DNA of 17,192 nucleotides from Candidatus Thorarchaeota archaeon (GTDB taxonomy: Archaea; Asgardarchaeota; Thorarchaeia; Thorarchaeales; Thorarchaeaceae). Numbering within the stretch: the stretch's first letter is position 1; each line of letters begins with the position of its first letter. The translations under genes and the position numbers were made by a program. The notes beneath the pieces are model-generated. The model did not search any database and was not told the origin of the DNA. It saw only the letters and a list, made by a program, of their open reading frames with translations. Location of the stretch: positions 1 through 17,192 of the forward strand of contig JAEOTX010000046.1 of the NCBI GenBank assembly GCA_016839605.1. The letters are read 5' to 3'. Below are positions 7,592 through 15,100 of the stretch, piece by piece.

Positions 7592-8800
7592 ATGCATTTG
7601 GAGGAAACTGAAACCATGCATCGCAAGATTACTGATGGAGTCTACTATGTCGGTGTCGATGACCACCACACGGCACTCTTTGAGAATCTCTGGCCACTCC
7701 CATTTGGGGTGTCCTACAACTCATATCTGGTTGTTGATGATAAGATCGCGGTAATTGATACTGTGAAGAACATCTTCACTCAGGAATGGCTTGATAACAT
7801 TCGTGAGATAGTGGACCCAGAGAAGATAGACTACATTGTCTTGAATCACATGGAACCAGACCACACCGGAGCCCTACCGAAAATCGCAGAACTCGCAAAG
7901 AACGCAACTATAGTATTCACACAAAAAGCAGCTGGGATGGAGGAATCCTTTTACAATGTAGGCCTTAAGACCAAAGTTGTAGAAGACCTAGAGGAGCTCT
8001 CTCTCGGGAAAAAGACACTGAAGTTCGTACACGTTCAGTTCGTCCATTGGCCAGAAACCATGGCCACGTATCTGGCTGAGGATGAGGTGCTATTCTCATG
8101 TGATGCATTCGGCTCATTCGGTGCACTCAATGGGAAGCACTTCGATGACGAGATTGACATGCGCATGATTGAATCTGAGAGCAAAAGATACCTCTCCACG
8201 ATAATCACGAGTTACTTCAAGTTCGTTCAACGGGCTATTGAGAAGGTCAAGGGTCTCGGAGTAGGAATCAAGTTCATAGCACCCAGTCATGGACCGATCT
8301 ACAGAAAAGACCCCACATGGGTCATCGACCACTTCGACAAGTGGAGTAGTCCTGAGCTTGACAAGCATGTCACGATAATTTTCGGCTCGATGTATGGCTA
8401 TAACCTGCGCCTTGCTCATACGCTCAAGAAAGAGCTAGTAGAGCTAGGAGTCGAAGTCAAGATACACAACATCTCCTATAGCACCATGGACAATGTCATC
8501 ACGGATGCTGTGAGGGCAGGAGTGATTGTTCTAGGCACTCCAACCTACGACGCGTTCCCGTTCCCCAAGATCTGGGCGTTCGTCAATGAGATGGAAGGGA
8601 AACGGTTCCAGAAGAGACCCATAGCTCTCTTTGGCACCCATGGATGGGGCGGTGGAGGTGTCCGTAAACTGAAGAAGTATCTTGAGGAAAATAAGTTCGA
8701 GATATTGGAGCCAAATGTCAGATGCAGAGCAACACCTACTGAGGAAGAGCGACAGGCAATCAAGACATTGGCTAAGAACATCGCAGAGATTGTGAAGTAG
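7592..8800 (+). CDS. fprA: Flavodiiron protein (A-type flavoprotein; O2/NO reductase)
   Basis: Metallo-beta-lactamase-like diiron motifs YNSYL, NHMEPDH, HWPETM, CDAFG and PSHG, followed by a flavodoxin domain (SMYG, GTPT, FGTHGWGG). An alternative start at 7616 has GGAGG upstream. Confidence 0.95.
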   Translation: MHLEETETMHRKITDGVYYVGVDDHHTALFENLWPLPFGVSYNSYLVVDDKIAVIDTVKNIFTQEWLDNIREIVDPEKIDYIVLNHMEPDHTGALPKIAELAKNATIVFTQKAAGMEESFYNVGLKTKVVEDLEELSLGKKTLKFVHVQFVHWPETMATYLAEDEVLFSCDAFGSFGALNGKHFDDEIDMRMIESESKRYLSTIITSYFKFVQRAIEKVKGLGVGIKFIAPSHGPIYRKDPTWVIDHFDKWSSPELDKHVTIIFGSMYGYNLRLAHTLKKELVELGVEVKIHNISYSTMDNVITDAVRAGVIVLGTPTYDAFPFPKIWAFVNEMEGKRFQKRPIALFGTHGWGGGGVRKLKKYLEENKFEILEPNVRCRATPTEEERQAIKTLAKNIAEIVK

Positions 8801-8956
8801 TTCTCTAATCCATTTCAAGCTGCAACTTCATCATTGTGCTTGTAGCTAGTTGGTTCCTAAAGTAACCTTTTTAGTCAGCACCATATTTCCTGAAACAGTT
8901 GTTCGACAAGTGCAGTGATTTATGCTGCACGACAAAGAATGACGGAGGTAAGAGAG

Positions 8957-9544
8957 ATGAAACTCAAGGGAACCAAAACCGAGAAGAATCTACTGACGTC
9001 TTTTGCTGGTGAGTCACAGGCGCGAAACAGATATACTATGGCTGCCTCGACCGCTAAGAAAGAGGGATACCAGCATATTTCTGCAGTCTTCCTGGAGACT
9101 GCAGGGCACGAACTGGAGCATGCGAAGAGGTTCTTCAAGTACCTCAAGCAGGGCAACGCAACCGAGGCCATCAAGGTAGAATGGGATTTTCCAACTTCGG
9201 GGGCCTATGAAAGTACTGAGGAGATACTCAGGCATGCTGCGGCGGGAGAGAAATACGAGTATAGCGAGATGTATCCGAACTTTGCTGATATTGCCGAAGA
9301 AGAGGGCTTCAAGGAGATCGCTCACCAGTGGAGAATGATTGCAAAGGCTGAAACCTGGCATCATGAGCGCTATCTCGCTCTTGCGGAGCAAATCAAAGAT
9401 GGGTCGATCCTCAAGAAGAAAGATAAAGTCCGTTGGCGATGCGATAACTGCGGCTACATTCATGAAGGAACCTCTCCGCCCGATAAGTGTCCTGCCTGTC
9501 AACACGACAAGGGCTATTTCATGCTCGACTTTGCTGAATACTAG
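8957..9544 (+). CDS. rbr: Rubrerythrin
   Basis: LKGTKTEKNLLTSFAGESQARNRY, ExxH motifs (ELEH, ETWH) and a C-terminal rubredoxin-like CDNC...CPAC. GGAGGT SD at 8944-8949 supports ATG 8957 over 8915. Confidence 0.96.
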   Translation: MKLKGTKTEKNLLTSFAGESQARNRYTMAASTAKKEGYQHISAVFLETAGHELEHAKRFFKYLKQGNATEAIKVEWDFPTSGAYESTEEILRHAAAGEKYEYSEMYPNFADIAEEEGFKEIAHQWRMIAKAETWHHERYLALAEQIKDGSILKKKDKVRWRCDNCGYIHEGTSPPDKCPACQHDKGYFMLDFAEY

Positions 9545-9557
9545 TTTCCCAATTCGA

Positions 9558-9597
9558 CACCTTGGTCTAGATTTGGGCCAAGGTGCTTTCAATTTTT
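9558..9597 (+). terminator. Hairpin plus U-tract terminator after rbr
   Basis: CACCTTGGTCTA-GATT-TGGGCCAAGGTG (12 bp, two G-U) followed by CTTTCAATTTTT. Confidence 0.75.
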
Positions 9598-9937
9598 CAA
9601 CATGCTCAAGATAATAGAATGAGAAGATGAGCGGACAGCAGAGCTGTCATTGTTGGGGGTTTGGGGTTGATTGCTGTTAGGGGAGAGAAAAATTATCATT
9701 TCCTGCTAGCCCGCTCTGGATTATGCAGGTAATCCTCTCTTTAGTAATGGTGTATCACACGGTCAATATTCCGAATTTCTCTGAAAGACTAACTGTTTTA
9801 GTATTTGAAGTCATATTGATTTCGTTCTAGTATAGGAATGCGCATTGACTAAACTTTGACAGAGAGGCGTTATGTATTTGCCATGAAACTGTAGAAGGAA
9901 CTTCTGCCATGGAATTCAGAGTCTCATTTTGATTATT

Positions 9938-10027
9938 ATGACAATACACCACGACAATCCGTTCACACCCCCGCCAGAGCCCTGGAATACTGATAACCCA
10001 TTCACACCTCCTCCTGAGCCCTGGTAA
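9938..10027 (+). CDS. 29-aa small protein MTIHHDNPFTPPPEPWNTDNPFTPPPEPW with a duplicated 11-aa unit
   Basis: ATG at 9938 and TAA at 10025-10027. The two 33-nt units differ at 6 positions, all synonymous third-codon positions. The second unit ends exactly at the stop, and a terminator-like hairpin follows. Confidence 0.7.
   Translation: MTIHHDNPFTPPPEPWNTDNPFTPPPEPW
9953..10024 (+). repeat. Two-copy direct repeat, 33-nt unit with 39-nt period
   Basis: gacaatccgttcacacccccgccagagccctgg (9953-9985) versus gataacccattcacacctcctcctgagccctgg (9992-10024); 27 of 33 positions identical. Confidence 0.9.
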
Positions 10028-10039
10028 AAATAATCCATA

Positions 10040-10077
10040 TTGAGACATCCCATGGGTGTCTCAAACACCTTTTCTTC
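10040..10077 (+). terminator. Hairpin (near-perfect palindrome) plus pyrimidine tract after the small ORF
   Basis: TTGAGACATCC-CAT-GGGTGTCTCAA (11 bp, one G-U) followed by ACACCTTTTCTTC. Confidence 0.6.
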
Positions 10078-10184
10078 GCATCCCTGTTGGCAATTGCTTT
10101 CATTGGTGATTTCTAATCCAAATTCGTTGGATTGGCAAAGCATATACGAGGCTTAAGGCCAGAATTCTTCCGGAGAACAATTCC

Positions 10185-12188
10185 GTGGATGATTTCACAA
10201 AGCTGCTTGTATCCGTAGTAGATAATGGAATAGCTAGTGAGTTTCATTTGCGCTATGATGAGAAGGGACCAGTCCTCTCCAATCCAGATGATGTTTTTGT
10301 GAAGGAAACCATAGGTATTGAGAGATTGTTAGTTCATGATGAGGTTGTCATTGATAGTAGTGGAATAAGGAAAAGGAAATCGTTTGCATCTCCTGTTGAA
10401 ATATGCTTCCAACCGCTGCTTTCAGCTGAAAGAGGTTACATGTTGGATAGAAGCAGACCTGACCACCTTTACCCACCATCTAGCGCGGGGTGGTACACCA
10501 GAATAGAAAGGAGAGGAAGAAAATCTAGCATCTTCTTGCATTCTGCTGCTGATGAAAAAAAATACTGGCTTTCAATCGTAGATAATCAGACTGGAGAATT
10601 CCTTGAAGCGCATACAATATTGCCTTTCGAGAAAGGGGTCTTAGAGATAGCGGATGAAACAGAAGAGTATAGTGAGATGTTTCTAGCACTTTCAGAAGTT
10701 AGCGAGTCAGCAGCAATCGAATGGATGGATCGGATATTAGATGGTCCTCCTCCAACATGGAGTGAATTGGCGAAGATTACTGGCGACGTGTATATCCCTA
10801 ATCTAAAAATAGGTAACAGAATGCGGGATACTGTTGATCAACTTGTCCCGAAGAATTACGACTCACAGACTAGACTGCAAGTAATGGCATTTCTGGGAGC
10901 TATTGTCAAGGGTCATAATCCTGGTGAGGATCCTGTAGACTATTTCGAGAGACTCCAATCAACACAGGTTCTTCGGGCTCTTCTAATGGGTCATCTCTCT
11001 TGCATCCTCAGTGGCGGAGAGCCACCATCGTATGTGAGGATAATACAGGATGGCGCTCGTCAGCGCCTAGGGGTGCCAACAAGGACTGTTACCGATTCTC
11101 TTGACTCAGACACGTGGTATCATACATACTATAGAATCTTGGATAGATTTCCTCTTACCTATGATACAGTCCTGGAATATTCTGCTAGGATGAACAACTC
11201 GAATCGCATTGTGCTTGGATTGCCAGTTACTAAATCGCAGGCAGCTAGGTCACGAAAGAATTGGGTTAATAGACTCGATCTCATGGGCATTGGAGTTATG
11301 CTTCGGGCATTGCTACGACCACCTGCAATAGGATTGAAAAGAATTGTCTACATGGGATTTGCCCACAAATGGCCGACCATCCACATGAAATGGTCATCTA
11401 ATATTGGCAGTGAAGGATATAGAGAACCAAGCATTCAGATATTGGAAATGCCGCCAGATAGCGTTGAGGCTTCCCTTAGAGCTAGACCTAATCTATTGAC
11501 TGTAGACTGGACGGGAGCCTCAGTAAATGAGCAACTATACGATGCAGGCTCAAAAACGTGGAGAGTACCCATTAGTAGGATTGCTAGTTCGATGCAAGGC
11601 AAAAGGACTTTGAGAAGATTGGGAAATGAGTTTGGAGCCTGGAGGGGATCAAGGACAAGAAAACCAACGCATCTTTGGGCAAAGGCCCTTGATGCTACGG
11701 CCAATTTGAAATTTCTGGCTAATCTGGAGCAGGACAAGTATGTCGAATACATGGGCTTGACTCGCAGCGAATTATTACATGCCCTTCAAGAAATGAAAGA
11801 AATAGGAATCATCACAGTTGCATATGTCCCGAATGTATTGGATTTAATGACTTTAGCTGTCATAGCGCAAGGAAAGGCCGCCAATGTGTGTTCTCTAAGC
11901 CGCGCCTTTTTGAAATACTCACCAACAGCAACAGTACATTTAGCAAAAGATGGGGAATGGTTACTAGCCCTTACTCGACAGCCCATATCAACGGCACATC
12001 ATCTTATGGCTATTCTACCCGAGGAAGCAGCTAGACATGGTATTACCTTAAGATGCAATAGAACCACCTCCTTCCGCAGCTACCAAGGTAGATTCTATAC
12101 AAGAATGCTACGTGAAGATGGTACTTGGGAAACAGACATATCCCCGATGCTGAGCCAGATACGGGTTCCTTTTCAAGATGAAAACTGA
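10185..12188 (+). CDS. Large hypothetical protein with a probable C-terminal winged HTH plus Lrp/AsnC-like ligand-binding module
   Basis: 667-aa ORF with a GTG start (start uncertain). YVEYMGLTRSELLHALQEMKEIGII fits a wHTH recognition-helix pattern and is followed by a beta-alpha-beta-beta-alpha-beta-like segment. The first ~480 aa are unrecognised. Confidence 0.7.
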   Translation: MDDFTKLLVSVVDNGIASEFHLRYDEKGPVLSNPDDVFVKETIGIERLLVHDEVVIDSSGIRKRKSFASPVEICFQPLLSAERGYMLDRSRPDHLYPPSSAGWYTRIERRGRKSSIFLHSAADEKKYWLSIVDNQTGEFLEAHTILPFEKGVLEIADETEEYSEMFLALSEVSESAAIEWMDRILDGPPPTWSELAKITGDVYIPNLKIGNRMRDTVDQLVPKNYDSQTRLQVMAFLGAIVKGHNPGEDPVDYFERLQSTQVLRALLMGHLSCILSGGEPPSYVRIIQDGARQRLGVPTRTVTDSLDSDTWYHTYYRILDRFPLTYDTVLEYSARMNNSNRIVLGLPVTKSQAARSRKNWVNRLDLMGIGVMLRALLRPPAIGLKRIVYMGFAHKWPTIHMKWSSNIGSEGYREPSIQILEMPPDSVEASLRARPNLLTVDWTGASVNEQLYDAGSKTWRVPISRIASSMQGKRTLRRLGNEFGAWRGSRTRKPTHLWAKALDATANLKFLANLEQDKYVEYMGLTRSELLHALQEMKEIGIITVAYVPNVLDLMTLAVIAQGKAANVCSLSRAFLKYSPTATVHLAKDGEWLLALTRQPISTAHHLMAILPEEAARHGITLRCNRTTSFRSYQGRFYTRMLREDGTWETDISPMLSQIRVPFQDEN

Positions 12189-12196
12189 GAATTTGA

Positions 12197-15100
12197 CTAG
12201 CTCTCCCATTCTCCGGGCAATTTGCTAACAATGACTCCAACCCGTTTCCAGATAAGAACAGCTACAGCAGCGATGATTCCTAGTCCTCCTACCAAAGGAA
12301 CTGTTCCTGCATCCATAGGCATTGATGACGTGCCGGAAATCGTTTCAAATGTCAGTATGGAAGACATTTGGTCCACCACTGGCAAATTGCTGATTGTTAT
12401 ATTGGCACGATACTCGCCTTGCAGTTCGACTGGAAACTCGATTGTTTCGTAGCCAAAATGATGAGCAGCCAAAATCCAAGTATCCACAACTTGGTCCAAG
12501 GGGTCTAAAAGCAAAACCTCAAGTCCCCCGTTCCAGCCTGCGGTCACACCAAGAACGTTGTAGCTCACGTTGAGCGTGCAATTCAAGCCTACTTGAACTG
12601 GATTCAAGGGTGTCAAATCAATTAGCAGCACTGGTGACACTATCAAAGGAATCGAACTGGTGGCTGGTGCATAGCTTGCTGTCCCATAAAATACAACCTC
12701 CACTGTGAGGTTGCCAGCTAAAATGCCGTCTAATGCAATCTCAGCTCCACCACGCGTTCCAGTTAAAGCAGTCTGCTGTAGCATCAAAGCATTATCGCTC
12801 CAGACTCGAATTGTCAGAGGTGCATCTTTAATCTTGAATACGCCAGAAGATACCGTAATGGAGAGTGGAATGGATTGTCCGAACTCCATTGAAACTGGAT
12901 GCTCAATCTGGATAGCAATTGGATATCGAACCAATACTTCAAATTCGACACTAGCACTGAACCAAAAGGTTTCACCCTCGAAGACAAGAATCAGAGAATA
13001 ATTCCCTGCTAGTGATGGAACCCAAGAAATGGAAATCGCTTCCGATGAAATGGAATACGCGGTCCTAGTTGTGAGAGGTGATCCATGAATCTCCCTACCA
13101 TCTGGCGTGTAAAGACTCACAAACACAGTAGCTCCGCCAGCAATATCCCCAAGGCTGTCCACAAGCGTGAAAGCGAACTCATGATGATCATCGATTATTC
13201 CTGAGAAACTCTCATCCAGAACCTTGAAGCTAGTGTATGCCATAACATCGAACTGAACTGCAGTGGTACTCCCAACCCTTAGACTGCTGGCTAGGATAGT
13301 GAGATTCAGGGTGTATTGTCCGACCTCTAGGCCTTCCAGTGATATGCCTATCTCAGTAGATGTAAGGAGAAGTCGGCTAGTCAGGTCTACTGTACCAGCA
13401 GGCCCATGCAATTCAAATGAAGTGTTAAGCTCATCCAAAGCGATGATAGAACCGACCTCATCAATGAATGACGCTGTCAAATACGAATCTGAGGAGCGCT
13501 CGATTGATGAGCTCACACTAACGGTGATGTTGGTAGTGCCATACACCCATATCCTCAGAGCTGCGTTAGACGCGTGATAATGCGCCGTTCCAGCAAATTC
13601 CAGGAGAATGGTGTAGTTGCCCATTCTATCCAGAGTGATGTTCAGCATGATAGGGTCTTGCCCGATTTGGACCACGCTATCAGTCAGTGTGAGACCCAGC
13701 AAGTCGTGATAGGTGGAATAGTCAATCGTGAATCCCTCCAGAGGTGTCCCACCTGAGTCCATCAAAAGCAAAGAGAGTAAAACGGGAGTTATGCCCGCGA
13801 CAACATCGCCTGTTGAAATGACCGACGCTTGTATCTCAGTCCCGTATCTCACACTCACATCGACTGCGTCTGAAGCAGCAAGATACACTCCTAGGCCATC
13901 AAAGACAGCAGTCACTGTCCAGAGACCCTCATCATCTAATTGGACACTCCAGTAGGAATACCCTGTGCTATTTGTCACCACGACAGTGGGCCCGAGCATT
14001 GAACCACCAGGGCCATCTACTATAATCGTGATATTCCGGTTCGCCATCGGAGACCCTTGATAGTCCACGAGGAGGGCTGTGATGTCCAGCATATCTCCAA
14101 CCTCAATCTCTGTTTCAGATACGCCAATGTCTACGTTGCTTTGTGAATATACGGTGTGGTAGGTGTCATCAGTGAAGCCATGAACTGATGTAGCACCTGA
14201 ACAGGAGAGATGAACAGAGTAAAGACCACTCATCGCTGGCACAAAGGTTAGAACTGCCACTCCAGCGCTTGTCGTCACTGTTATCGAGTTAGACCAAACA
14301 CCCAGCTTCACAGGGTCTCCAAGAGGATTGTCAAGTGAAACAACAATGTCCAGGTTCTCAACGGGACTGCCAAGTTGGTCAATGACCAAGACCGTTATGT
14401 TGACATTCTGTCCTGCTATGGGCGGGTCCGGGACTAGTGAAGTTGCTATTGCGCACGTCGTCACGACGTTGAGTTGCTCCTGAGTGTCCCCTCCTATTAG
14501 AAATTGATCTGTCGTAGGTGATGCCCTTATTGTAAGAATCCCGTGAGCATCGTCGGCGAAGTAGAACACCTCGGCTACTCCGCTTCCATTGGTCACTATG
14601 TTGGAAGTCCAAACAGGCACGAGATCAAGCCCTAATACTTCGAAATGTATCAGCACTCCGCTCTGAGTCCCCGCAGTGAGAAGAGTATATCGGAGAGCTG
14701 CGGTGGTGAACAGATCGATCGATGATGGATCAAGTATCAGCTCGGCACTGACAATCTCTAGGACTGATATGGTCGACCCAGTAGAGTTAGCAATGTAGTA
14801 AGGATCTCCTGCATGAAGGAGGGTCATTGTAGCTATCCCTCTATCAACGGGATCCCAGTGGATTGTTTCCATGCCATCGATTGACTCGACCTGAGTCTCA
14901 AACACGATTATGTTATTCTGCTCAATAGAAAGGATGAGCATCCTTCCGACTATATGCTGCTGGTTTGCATCAGTAATACCCACATAAATCTGAAGGGTTT
15001 CTCCAAGCATGCAAGATGGACTATGATTCAGCAGCATGGATGGAATCATGTAAACTCTCTGTATTGCCGACGATATGGCGGATGAGTTGAGGCCATCGCC

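Noticed and set aside
9014-9592. 192-aa antisense ORF over rbr, and the other short overlapping ORFs in the track
   Set aside because: They overlap well-supported genes and show no recognisable motifs; treated as shadow ORFs.
9654-9683. G-quadruplex
   Set aside because: Only three runs of at least three G; a canonical intramolecular G4 needs four.
9807-9904. Fragments resembling an FRT site (TCTAGTATAGGAA, GGAACTTC)
   Set aside because: Short and non-contiguous, with no paired 13-bp inverted repeats; most likely chance.
9953-10024. CRISPR mini-array
   Set aside because: Only two units with a 6-nt spacer and codon-patterned divergence, and no cas genes in the window.
9872-10027. Selenoprotein by UGA read-through (MYLP-U-NCRRNFCHG... 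is in frame with the 29-aa peptide)
   Set aside because: The frame is continuous apart from TGA at 9884-9886, but there is no UxxC or CxxU motif and neither downstream hairpin has the RUGA/GA SECIS core. A SECIS search would settle it; it is unsupported by eye.
9916-10143. Minus-strand ORF containing QGSGGGVNGLS twice
   Set aside because: It is the antisense frame sharing wobble positions with the + strand peptide. The + reading is preferred because the repeat ends exactly at its stop and a terminator-like element follows. It is not fully excluded.
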